Assembly (NCBI RefSeq): GCF_018977255.1
Contig: NW_024704743.1
Location: forward strand, 47,866,001 to 47,930,000
Source of the DNA: Callorhinchus milii
Lineage: Eukaryota
Length of the DNA stretch: 64,000 bases
Direction: 5' to 3'
Positions 52,710 to 64,000 of this stretch are shown one piece after another. The notes under the pieces are model-generated. The model saw only the letters and a program-made list of their open reading frames with translations. It was not told the DNA's origin and did not search any database. Each line of letters opens with the position of its first letter. Position 1 is the first letter of the stretch. A program made the translations under genes and the position numbers.

Positions 52710-53039
52710 GTGGAGTCCTGTAGCTCAGTGGTTAGAGCACTCGCTTTGCAAGTGAGAGACCTGAGTTCAATTCCAGGCAGGGCGAAACCTTGGGCAAGTT
52801 TCCTTACTCCACACGCCTAATAATAATCCCTCCAAAACCAAAAACAATAATAAATTGGTCATTTTCAATCCACGACTGTTTGTGGGACATTGCTGTGCGC
52901 AATTGGCTGCCGCGTTCGCCCACAAATATACAGTCAATTCACTTTACAGTATATTCTGTGAAGCGCTTTGGGACGTCCTCCCGACGTGAAAAGCGCTATA
53001 TCAAATGCAAGGATTATTATTATTATTATTATTATTATT
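52710..53039 (+). mobile_element. Full-length young tRNA-derived SINE with L2-type tail
   Basis: Head GTGGAGTCCTGTAGCTCAGTGGTTAGAGCACTCGCTTTGCAAG (A box, TGC anticodon-like loop), B box GAGTTCAATTCC, 3' stem-loop AGCGCTTT..AAAGCGCT, (ATT)n tail. Confidence 0.93.
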
Positions 53040-56000
53040 GGTCAAGGACTGGATGTGAAGGTGGAAAGAGAGCTGAGGATCGAACCAAATGCCAAGTTTG
53101 TACACTAGCTCAGTGAGTTTGAGAGAGACACCAAAGTAGAGAGGTAGATGTGGATGTCATCTGTGCAATTGAAATGTAATAGCGGACAATGTAAATGTAA
53201 TTAACATTAAATGTAAAGTAGTTTGATGTCAATGTTTTAGGAGCTATATTAAATGCCAGGATAATGCCCACACAAATACACTCTGACAGCAATTGGAGTG
53301 GGAATTGTGCACATTATGTTTAGATTCTTCACATGACAAACTCTGCATGTATTTTCCTCTTGCAGTTCGGAGAAGGTGTATGTAGGGGGCAGCAATATGA
53401 AAATGTACTGCAGGCCTGTCCTGTTGGGATTAACAGCTCAGCATACACAGAGCCAGGAAACATGCCAGAAGCAGTGGGAGGGAAATGTGGGGGGATTCAT
53501 TTACCTTACCCCCTCTGGAGGCTCAGTGAAGATCCACCTGGGGATACAGGAATCAGTAACTTCAGGAAATGCACTTCATTTAGATACCACAGCTGAAGAC
53601 AGGGCTACTGCCAGGATTGCAATATAAACACAGCATTACAAGGAACAGTGTATACTGTGAATCTCAGTGTATACAACAACAAACAAAAATTACATTTGTA
53701 TAGGGCCTTTCACGTCAGGAGGACATCCCAAGGCGCTCATACATGGTATGAGAAGCAGTATATGTGCCAAGTGATAGTCAATTACTGTCTGATAATGATA
53801 TACAGAGCATCAGAACAACTGGAATATGAATAACAATAGAAACCTGGGCAGCACAAGGTACAGTTTAACTCTGGAGTAAGAAGCTGTGAAACAGCAGCAA
53901 AGTGTTTCACATCTCATGTACACAAGGCTTCCTTTCTGTGAAATACTCTGAGCTCAGGGAGTGTAGCGCTTTCTCTGGTTACAGTCCAGATTCACACTAT
54001 AAAAACACTCTTCACAGGTTCTATGGTAACACTCTTCATAGGGATTTACACTATTGAATCACTTCACAGCCCAGTCTAATATAATAGAAGAAGAAATACA
54101 TTCTAAACACAAGTAATACATGTAAGGTAATATCAGTTCAATATGAAAAGCAGTACCCGTACTGCAGAGCATGACAAAAGAAATAATACCAGCATCACTG
54201 TGGAGTTATCTAACTCCACTCAGCACTGGCATGCCAAGGATATCCCCACAAACATGCTGGTACCTGTGAAGTGAATAGTGTTAGAATGATAAGGAGTTTG
54301 AACTCTTCAACTCTGAGCCTCACGCTGCATTACTCTGGAGTCCTGGCAATACAAACAGCCATTCCAGTGCTAGCATCAGTTAAAACTGATGAGAACATGT
54401 TTGAAATACTCCACCCGTCCCCTCCCCCATCCCTGGCATCACTGTGTAACTCGTGTCTCAGGGAATAGTCCTGCTGGAAGTGAGAGTTTGCTGGAAGCAT
54501 GGATGATGGAATTGGAGCTTGGCCATAGTTTAAACTGCTGTGCCTCTGAACTGCTACCAGCGTGAAACCAACCCCTGATAGGAGGTGTTCACTTTCATGT
54601 TGGAGTAACATTGCAGTGCCAATTTGGCAGGGTGTACATTGGAAATTTCATGCTGGAGGGTGGATCATGCTGGATTTACTCCAGCGGGAACTTGGCAGTA
54701 CAAACAAGATTAAAAAAAGCAAAGTGCAGGCAGGTTTCACTATCTATATAATAGGAGCTTCCCCAAAAAAGCGAGTAGTGTGAAGGAGCCACTTGACGCT
54801 GCACTTAGTACAATTGCTGCCTGGAGTAATAATAATAATCCTTGCATTTGATGTAGCGCTTTTCACGTCTTCTAGACGTCTCAAAGCGGAGTAAACTCAG
54901 GATATTCCAACTTCAAATGAAAATGGACCTAATCTGATTTCTTTTTATGACATTATATTATCTATGTTATTCATTTATTTAGGAATCTTCTTCCAAGCCA
55001 AAGTCAGTTTTAGTCACTATGTCCCTGCTCGTTCCCACTTCTCCCAAAAATCCTTCTCTTCCTGCATTCAAATTCTTCTTAGCCTGTATTTCTCTGGTTA
55101 ATGCTCAATCCATGACTGTTTGTGAGACACTGCTATGCATAATTGGCTGTTGCGTTTCACCCACAAAATATACAGTTAATTCAATTTATAACAATAACAA
55201 CAAAATTACATTTGTATAGCACCTTTCACATCGGGAGGACGATCCAAGGTGCTGGACAGTCAATATTTTGGACCTGGACAGTATATTCTGTGAAGCACTT
55301 TGAGACATCTCAATGATGTGATAAGGCGCTATATCAAATGTAGGGATTATTATTATGTTATAATGCCCTCAAACTCCCCTGTTGCTTTGCTCAGTGCACA
55401 CTATCATTTCTGTGAAACACTTAATTTCACAGAAATGATAAGGAGGACTGAAAGGTGTTATGTTTCCTTTTTGCTCATTGATGTTGCAATTTTATTCATA
55501 TCAAAAGATCTTGAGCACAATTAATTCCAAGTAAATTAAAATTCCTTTCGGCATCGAGCATATTTGCAAAAGGTGCTGTTTATCCAAACATTCAAAAATA
55601 TGAACAGCAGAATTCTAGAACACACAAAATAAAGTTATACGCAGCAGAGGAATAACGATTCTGCATTTATAATAAACTTCCATTTAATTCTCAATTGGTA
55701 ACTGAACTGATAGTTGGAGATTCACCACCATATTTTCAACACTGTAATGTAGGACCATAGACATTTTCAGCACAGAGGTCAAACTGACCCCCATTGTGTT
55801 TGTGCAATATGGACTCGATGAAGAATTTACTAGTGATTATGGCAACAATCCAATCACATGATTCAGGTGTGTGCTTTAAACTACACAGATCTGGCTTGCT
55901 TTTTATTTTGGGGGGGTTTTATCACAAGCAACTCCTGGATGTGTCACAGGCTAACCTCTGGAACAATGTTTAAATGCTGAATTTATGGAAATCGGAATGA

Positions 56001-56633
56001 AGATAACAGTCCAAGTGAGTTCTAGAGGATTGACCTGTGACACATCTGAGATTTGCCAATTAATTACAAATCCTTTTACAAATGAAATACCATTACATTG
56101 CAAATTAAATCCCATTATCTAAAGCCTTTTTCTGCTTCAGACCTGAACATACATATACTGTGCAGCCAACTATCAGAGGCCCGAACCATCTCCAAAAATC
56201 TTTAGTTTTTCTAAACTGTGAACTTTCATAGGAATGCTTGCATTTGCATACAGTGACTATAACAACAAAATGTACCTTATGAAATCACTGTTAAATGCAG
56301 TAACTGTATATTTCAGCTAAACACTTCAATCAATTCCCAAATAACAATGTTCTACAAAACAGCCAAGTGGTCAATGATCAATTTAACTAAAGGATTGTTG
56401 GCCAGAACAATTTCCATTCTCATTTCGAACACTATATAATAATAATAATCCTTGCATTTGATATATTGCTTTTCACATCTTCTCAACGTCTCAAAGCGCT
56501 TCACAGAATAGACTGTAAAGTGAATTGACCATTTGTGGGCAAAACACTATCACTGGTTTATTGAAGTTAGTTAGATAGGGTTTAGTCTAATAATAAAAAG
56601 AATAATCTTTGTGCTAGGAAGATGCCTTAAATC

Positions 56634-57978
56634 TCCCCGCTCCTCCCCCTGGTACACCACCCACCTCCGCTCACTGAAAAGCCAGGTGCGGGCTGCTGAA
56701 CGCACCTGTGTCAAATCTGGCCTAACGGTCCACCGACAAATCTGGCTGGACCTCCTCAAAATTTACCGCTCCACTCTAGCCTCGGCCAAGTCGTCCTTCT
56801 ACTCCAGGATAATCCTGGAGGTGAAGAACAACCCCAGGCTACTGTTTTCCACCACAACCCGACTCCTCCGTCCCCCCGCCACCCCGCGCAGGTCATCTCC
56901 TCCAACCTTCACTGCGAGGAGATGCTGGATTTCCTTGAATCCAAGATCAAGGGAATCCGCTCCGCGGTCACTTCCCCTCCAACTTCCACCAACCCTCCAC
57001 CCCTTCCCTCCCACACTCCGACTCCTACCCATCCTCCCCTAGACACCTTCGTACCCGTTTCCCCACCCTCTGTCACTGAACTCATCCTATCCCTAAAACC
57101 AGCCACCTGCTCCCTTGACCCCATCCCCACTCCACTCCTTATCTCCCAGCTCCACTTTCTTGCCCCACATATCACTGACATCATCAACCTGTCCCTCTCC
57201 TCTGACTCTGTCCCCATTCCATTAAAAACTGCCATCATCACGCCCACCCTGAAAAAACCCTCCCTTGATGCGTCGCAGCTATCAAGCTACCGGCCCATCT
57301 CCAACCTCCCCTTTCTCTCCAAGGTCTTGGAAAGAGTTGTCGCCTCCCAACTGCGCTCTTTCCTTTCCACCCATTCTCTTTTCGAACCCCTTCAGTCAGG
57401 TTTCCGTGCTGCCCATAGCACAGAAACTGCCCTGGTCAAGGTCACCAATGATATCCTGACCATCTGTGACCAGGGCTCCCTCTGTCTCCTCGTCCTCCTC
57501 GACCTATCGGCAGCATTCGATACGGTCGACCACGCTATCCTCCTCCACCACTTGTCCTCCCACCTCAACCTTCAAGGCACTGTCCTTGAGTGGTTTAGGT
57601 CGTACCTTTCTCACCGTCTTCACTTTGTCTCGACGAATGGCTTCTCCTCCACCCCCCGTACTGTCTCATGTGGTGTCCCTCAGGGCTCTGTCCTCGGTCC
57701 CCTCCTCTTCACCCTCTATATGCTCCCCCTCGGTGACATCATCCGCAGACATGGAGTTAACTTCCACATGTATGCGGATGACACCCAACTCTACCTTTCC
57801 TCCTCTACTCTCAACTCCACGACCACCGATGTCCTGACAGTCTGCCTGTCCGACATCGAGTCCTGGACGAGAGACAACTTTCTTCAGCTCAACGTGCGAA
57901 AAACCGAGGCCCTCCTGATTGGCTCACATCAGCGCCTCCGCACCTCAGGCGCTGATACCATCAGCATCCAAGGCTGCA
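56634..57978 (+). mobile_element. Internal fragment of the same young L2 (RT region), about 98% identical to 59784-61128
   Basis: Line-by-line comparison gives about 30 differences in 1.35 kb; YADD present; no 3' tail. Confidence 0.93.
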
Positions 57979-58154
57979 GTCGGGGAGCGGTGACAGGAGA
58001 GCGCGGGGAGGAGCCTGGGCCTACTGACCCAGGTACTTAAACTCGACGCCGGAGCGAGTGCAGCCAGTCGGGGAGCGGCGACAGGAGAGCGCGGGGAGGA
58101 GCCTGGGCCTACTGACCCAGGTACTTAAACTCGACGCCGGAGCGAGTGCAGCTA
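57979..58154 (+). repeat. Two near-identical CpG-rich 88-bp tandem units at the L2 5' end
   Basis: GTCGGGGAGCGGYGACAGGAGAGCGCGG...GGAGCGAGTGCAGCYA starting at 57979 and 58067. Confidence 0.9.
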
Positions 58155-58377
58155 GGCAGCGAGGGGAGGGGAGGTGTGGGGGCGGAGCTGGGGAACTGCG
58201 ACGTCATAGATTAGTTTTCAGGTGAGTGCGCGCGCACAAACCCCCCCCCCCCCCCCCGGGCTCACATCAGAGCCCACTATGGTCCTGTTGGGTTCGATGC
58301 CCCAATCTACGGGATGATGCCATCCACCTGACCGCTCGCTCCCGGTCCCCGCGTGCGCACTATGGCTGCCGCTTTGA

Positions 58378-61300
58378 CCCGAGCCCCTCACCCCCTCCCT
58401 CCCTCCCCCTCCTCTCTCCCCCCAAACCCTCCCCCCTCTCCATCTCTCCCGCTCTCTCCTCCTCTCTCTCCGTCCCTCTCGTCTTCTATCCCCACTTGAC
58501 CCTCCCACAACCTCCCTCTGCTCCAGCCTGGGAATCCTCCGCCGGGCTCACCGTGGCACTCAGCATTGGCTGTCCAGCAGCAGCCACACCGACTGCCCCA
58601 TTCCCCACCACTCGCGCCAGCCACCCCGGACACAGACCCGGGGAGTCAACCTCTCCTCCCTTATCCCCATTCCCCCCACCCCTGCCTCACAACCTGGACC
58701 TCCCTCCCCTCCCACACACCCTTCTGTCAACCGCTCCCTCCACATCGGACTCCAAAATGTCCGCTTCCTCTGCAACAAGGCCCTGGTCATCAACGATCTC
58801 ATAATAATCCCTCCAAAACCAAAAACAATAATAAAATTGGTCATTTTCAATCTACGACTGTTTGTGGGACATTGCTGTGCGCAATTGGCTGCCGCGTTCG
58901 CCCACAAATATACAGTCAATTCACTTTACAGTGTGTTCTGTGAAGCGCTTTGGGACGTCCTTCCGACGTGAAAAGCGCTATATCAAATGCAAGGATTATT
59001 ATTATTATTATTATTATTATCATGGCCTTGACAGAAACTTGGCTCACCCCAGGCGACACCTTCCCCCTCACGGAGGCCACGCCACCCGGCTACACCTCCC
59101 ACCACATCCCCCGCCCCAACCGCCGTGGCGGTGGTGTTGCCCTTATCTCAAGGACACCACTTGCCCTATCCCCCTACTCCTCTGGCTCTTTCCCCTCCTT
59201 CGAGCACCTCACCCTCTCCCACCCCTCATTCCTCTCCCTTAAAATCCTCCTCCTCTACCGGCCCCCTAAAACCTCTCCCACCTTCATCTCTGACATTTCA
59301 ACACTCCTCACATCTCTTTGCCTCTCCTCTGATCGCCTCATCATCCTGGGCGACTTTAACCTACACTTCACCCCCTCCTGCTCCATCTCCACAGACTTCT
59401 CTTCCCTGCTCTCCTCACTCAACCTTTCCCTACACATAAACTCCCCCACTCACAGTCACGGCCACCCACTCGATTTGGTGATCACCCGGGGCCTCAGTGT
59501 CTCGGATGTCACTATTACCGACAAGGCCATCTCCGACCACTACTTCATCTCCTTCACCACCTCCACCCCCCTCCCCACCTCCACCAGACCCACCACCATC
59601 TTCTACCGCCCTTGGAAGAAGTTACCCCCACAATCCCTAACCGATGCCTTGGAGTCCTCTGAACTCCTCTCCCTCTGGCCTTCAACCCTCACCGACCCCT
59701 CTTCTCCTCTCTCCCTCCTCCACAATATCCTCTCCTCCACACTCGATACTCTTGCCCCCATCACTTCCCGCACTGTCTCCTACTCCCGCTCCTCCCCCTG
59801 GTACACCACCCACCTCCGCTCACTGAAATGCCAGGTGCGGGCTGCTGAGCGCACCTTTGTCAAATCTGGCCTAACGGTCCACCGACAAATCTGGCTGGAC
59901 CTCCTCAAAATTTACCGCTCCACTCTAGCCTCGGCCAAGTCGTCCTTCTACTCCAGGATAATCCTGGAGGCGAAGAACAACCCCAGGCTACTGTTTTCCA
60001 CCACATCCCGACTCCTCCGTCCCCCCCGCCACCCCGCGCAGGTCATCTCCTCCAACCTTCACTGCGAGGAGATGCTGGATTTCCTTGAATCCAAGATCAA
60101 GGGAATCCGCTCCGCGGTCACTTCCCCTCCAACTTCCACCCACCACCCACCCCTTCCCTCCCACACTCCGACTCCTACCCATCCTCCCCTACACACCTTC
60201 GTACCCGTTTCCCCACCCTCTGTCACTGAACTCATCCTATCCCTAAAACCAACCACCTGCTCCCTTGACCCCATCCCCACTCCACTCCTTATCTCCCAGC
60301 TCCATTTTCTTGCCCCACACATCACTGACATCATAAACCTGTCCCTCTCCTCTGGCTCTGTCCCCATTCCATTAAAAACTGCCATCATCACGCCCACCCT
60401 GAAAAAACCCTCCCTTGATGCGTCGCAGCTATCAAGCTACCGGCCCATCTCCAACCTCCCCTTTCTCTCCAAGGTCTTGGAAAGAGTTGTCGCCTCCCAA
60501 CTGCGCTCTTTCCTCTCCACCCATTCTCTTTTCGAACCCCTTCAGTCAGGTTTCCGTGCTGCTCATAGCACAGAAACTGCCCTGGTCAAGGTCACCAATG
60601 ATATCCTGACCATCTGTGACCAGGGCTCCCTCTGTCTCCTCGTCCTCCTCGACCTATCGGCAGCATTCGATACGGTCGACCACGCTATCCTACTCCACCG
60701 CTTGTCCTCCCACCTCAACCTTCAAGGCACTGTCCTTGAATGGTTTAGCTCTTACCTTTCCCACCGTCTTCACTTCGTCTCAACGAATGGCTTCTCCTCC
60801 ACCCCCCGTACTGTCTCATGTGGTGTCCCTCAGGGCTCTGTCCTCGGTCCCCTCCTCTTCACCCTCTATATGCTCCCCCTTGGTGACATCATCCGCAAAC
60901 ATGGGGTTAACTTCCACATGTATGCGGATGACACCCAACTCTACCTTTCCTCCTCTACTCTCAACTCCACGACCACCGATGTCCTGACAGCCTGCCTGTC
61001 CGACATCGAGTCCTGGACGAGAGACAACTTTCTTCAGCTCAACGTGCGAAAAACCGAGGCCCTCCTGATTGGCTCACGTCAGCGCCTCCGCACCTCAGGC
61101 GCTGACACCATCAGCATCCAAGGCTGCACTCTCCACCTCTCAAAGCCAGTCAGGAACCTCGGCGTTTTGTTCGACCCTGAGCTGTCCTTTCTCCCTCACA
61201 TCCGCACCACAACTGGCACCGCCTTCCATCACCTCCGGAATATCGCCAGATTACGGCACTACCTCACCCCTCACGCTGCTGAAACCCTGGTTCACGCCTT

Positions 61301-61815
61301 TGTCACCTCAAGGCTGGACTATGGGAACTCTCTCCTCGCCGGCCTTCCCGCCACCTCCCTCCACAAGCTGCAGGTCATTCAGAACTCTGCAGCTCGTGTA
61401 CTGTCCCGCACCAGGCTTCGGGACCACATCACTCCCACCCTCGCTCGCCTCCACTGGCTCCCCATCCCCCAGAGGATTGATTTCAAGATCCTCATCCTCA
61501 CCTACAAGGCCATTCACGGCCTTGCTCCCTCCTACCTCTCCAACCTACTATCCCCCTACCTACCTGCCCGTACCCTCCGTTCCTCTGGCTCCGGTCTGCT
61601 CCACGTCCCCCGCCCCAACCGCCCTACCATCGGTGGTCGGGCCTTCAGCCTCTCAGCCCCGAGGCTCTGGAACTCCATCCCCCAGTGCCTTCGCCGCTTC
61701 CTCCCTTTCCTCCTTCAAGGCCGGTCTCAAAACCTTTCTCTTTGACCGTGCCTTCAGCTCCCCTCTCGACTCTCTTCCCCCTCCTCGCTCCCTCCCTTCC
61801 CTCCCCTCACCCTGA
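58378..61815 (+). pseudogene. L2 APE-RT ORF, broken by a SINE fragment (58801-59020) and a 2-nt deletion near 61695; open from 59022 to about 61694
   Basis: The N-terminal APE motif frame (58741) differs from the downstream frame; the true C-terminus [20 protein letters not shown] is in another frame (compare the copy at 52395-52470). Confidence 0.85.
58801..59020 (+). mobile_element. 5'-truncated young SINE inside the L2 endonuclease domain
   Basis: Matches the 3' two-thirds of the SINE at 52710-53039; (ATT)n tail. Confidence 0.93.
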
Positions 61816-64000
61816 CCATTTCCCCCCTCCTTGCTCCCTCCCTTCCCTCCCCTCACCCTGACCATTTCCCCCCTGCTCGGGTCATGACCCAACTGTGCAG
61901 CGCCTTGGGACGTCCTCCTGACGTGAAAGGCGCTTTATAAATGGAATCTTGTTGTTAAATCACTTTACAGGATTTACTGTAAAGTGTAGCTGTATTTTCT
62001 AGGTGACTGTATTTTATTTGTAGCAGATAATTTATGCGCATCGATATTCCACAAATAGCCATGAAAAGAAAGATTGATTGTTTCTGGGAGATTTTTAGCC
62101 AGAGAAGCTCCCTTCTCTTTTTGAAGAACGCAATAGTGTATTTAACGTACACCTTTAATGTTTCAAAGTGTATCAATTAATAGTAAGTTTTCTAACAAAG
62201 AACATCTTAAGAAACCGAGGAACTGGAGATCATTTATAATCTTCCAAATAAAATTGCTTTGCTGTATGTAAAGCAAGTCAGCAAATTGTACTAGCTTAGT
62301 GAGAAACCTCCATCACCACACATGAGACAAGCTATCCCACAGTTGGGAGCTTGTTCATTCCTCATCCTTACTTGAACTTTAGTTAGCTGCATTTTTCTAG
62401 AGAATGATCATTGATGACTGTCCCTGTACTTCCCAGGTTCCAAATTTGTCTTAGTTCTTTGACATGATTAGAAAAATACCAAAGTACCCAGTGAGTTTAA
62501 GAAAATGAGATTTCATTCTCACAGACAAGTTAAATAAAAAGTTGATGCCTGAAATGCTGTTTTTCATTATGTACTTTCCTTGCATTTGATATAACGTTTA
62601 TAATGTTGAAACATCTCAAAGATGTTCACACCTAATTGCTGTCTAGACTGTGTGGACAATTTTGGTGCCCCACTAGCAAATAAATATTAGAATACAGTAT
62701 TAAATAACAGCCATACTGCTGGTGCCAGAGGTCACATGAACTAAAATATCAATAGATTTGGTATATTTTATCTAGAAGATATTGCATGGAACATTATATG
62801 CAGCTGGCTGTGCTCCACCATTAGCTCCACAAAACCTACACCATTAGTTGTGCTCTCAGCCGCTCCATCCCTAAACTTTGGAACTCCTCTTTGTCCATCA
62901 TCAGATCACACATAAAGACTGTGCCTACAGTCACCTCCCCTTTCTCCCCACTTGCTGTGAAACTCTGCCATGGTTAGGTGCTCAGAGACCCTAATGAACG
63001 GCGCCTTATGCAAATGCAAGTTGCTATTGTTGCAGTCTGTAAAAGAAATCAGAGGCTCCTACAATGGTCCTGTGCTGTTTAGTCAGATGAATACTGAGCT
63101 CAGGTCCACATTGCTCTTCATCTTTGCAAGGTCATTAAAATGAGAACCGAGACCTGAGGGTTGGGGGGGAGGGGTAAGGGAGGGAGAAATAAGTATATCG
63201 GGTCCCCTGGCATTGGGGAGACAAGACGGCCCAAGTAAGGCAGGTTTACAATCTTTCCTCTACTTAAGGTCTATCTAGAAAATACTTTGGAGTGGGTATT
63301 GGCATGTGATATAGGAGTCTAAAATGCAGGAATTTAAATACAATTCTTCAATAAAAAATCCAAGGAACTCTCACTATTGGAATAAGTGTGAAATATTTTG
63401 TAGTGGGTATTGGCAGTGTAATAAAAGCTCATTATGAGTGAAGCTTCACATTTGACAGCACCAAAGTGTTTGAAGGAAGCAAAAAGAATTTGTTTTTGTA
63501 GAGCGGTGCTAATTAACATGTTTACAGTGACAAAATGCGGCACATATTCAAAAATAACATTTTGTGATTTCATCTGAGCCAGCAAAATAACTTGCCTAGC
63601 TCAATTAAAATTGAGGGCATTTGTTATAGAACAATTTAGCAAATTCAGCTTTTTGTTCGAATAAATTCAAATTTGCTGCCTCTTCCATTTGCTGATAAAA
63701 TGACACAAGTGAGGCTTTTACCTGAGTGAGGCATCAATGTGACTTCTGCGGTCTGATCTTCTGGTGAAAGCAGAACCTGCACAGTTTGTATAGGTGACAC
63801 AAGACTTCTGAAGACTTATCATTTAAAAAATGGAAAATACTACTCTTAATCTGCACAAGAGCAAGAGAAAGGTATTTTTTCTTGCAATCTATTCAGTGAT
63901 ATGATAGGGTAGATAGAAATAGATTATTACCACTGAGCCACAATTTCAAGATAATCACAAAAAGAGTTAAAAGGGAGGTTAGAAAACAAATATTTACATA

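Larger units (their letters stand above)
50960..53160 (-). mobile_element. Old L2 3' portion, host of nested insertions
   Basis: Minus-strand pieces GIWFDPQLSF (about 53070), LHPYLTPSTAETL (about 52640) and HDFIISRLDF (about 51510) are in collinear order. Confidence 0.8.
57979..61956 (+). mobile_element. Young, near full-length L2-clade LINE (single ORF, APE endonuclease + reverse transcriptase)
   Basis: CpG-rich 5' region, ORF motifs [53 protein letters not shown] (60921-60932); 3' stem-loop and (TTG)n tail. Confidence 0.93.

Noticed and set aside
52710..52785. tRNA-Ala-like genes at SINE heads
   Set aside because: A/B boxes and a TGC loop are present, but there is no proper acceptor stem and every copy continues into the SINE body
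52790..53116. Recurring small ORFs (MWDIAVRNWLPRSPTNIQ..., MGRPPDVKSAIS...)
   Set aside because: These are translations of the same SINE, not a gene family
57979..58154. CRISPR-like or regularly spaced repeat array
   Set aside because: Only two contiguous units, no spacers, eukaryotic context
58950..61745. 931-aa ORF as an intact novel protein with poly-Ile N-terminus
   Set aside because: The start is a TTG inside the SINE tail and the poly-Ile is the (ATT)n microsatellite; the real L2 ORF begins upstream and ends in another frame

Overview
Vertebrate genomic DNA, inferred to be a cartilaginous fish (possibly a holocephalan such as Callorhinchus) from its repeat content. The only recognisable host gene is the 3' half of HIBADH (3-hydroxyisobutyrate dehydrogenase) on the + strand: four coding exons at 8719-8852, 10289-10364, 26468-26624 and 27798-27956, all with GT-AG junctions. 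The 10289 exon is 1 nt short and frameshifts into a stop, most likely a base-call error. The remaining 36 kb has no host exons and, by synteny known from other jawed vertebrates, should be the HIBADH-EVX1/HOXA gene desert. Several repeat-free blocks rich in homeodomain motifs are candidate HoxA long-range enhancers. The rest is retroelements: a young, near full-length single-ORF L2 LINE (APE+RT) preceded by a second partial copy and by CpG-rich 88-bp 5' monomers; many copies of a tRNA-derived SINE sharing the L2 3' stem-loop; older Deu-type and AmnSINE2-like SINEs; CR1 fragments; and Tigger-like and foldback MITEs. I found no convincing new biological system. The best leads are the modular SINE/L2 partnership, the junction structures and the candidate enhancers. 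Family names are recognised from memory, not from database searches.
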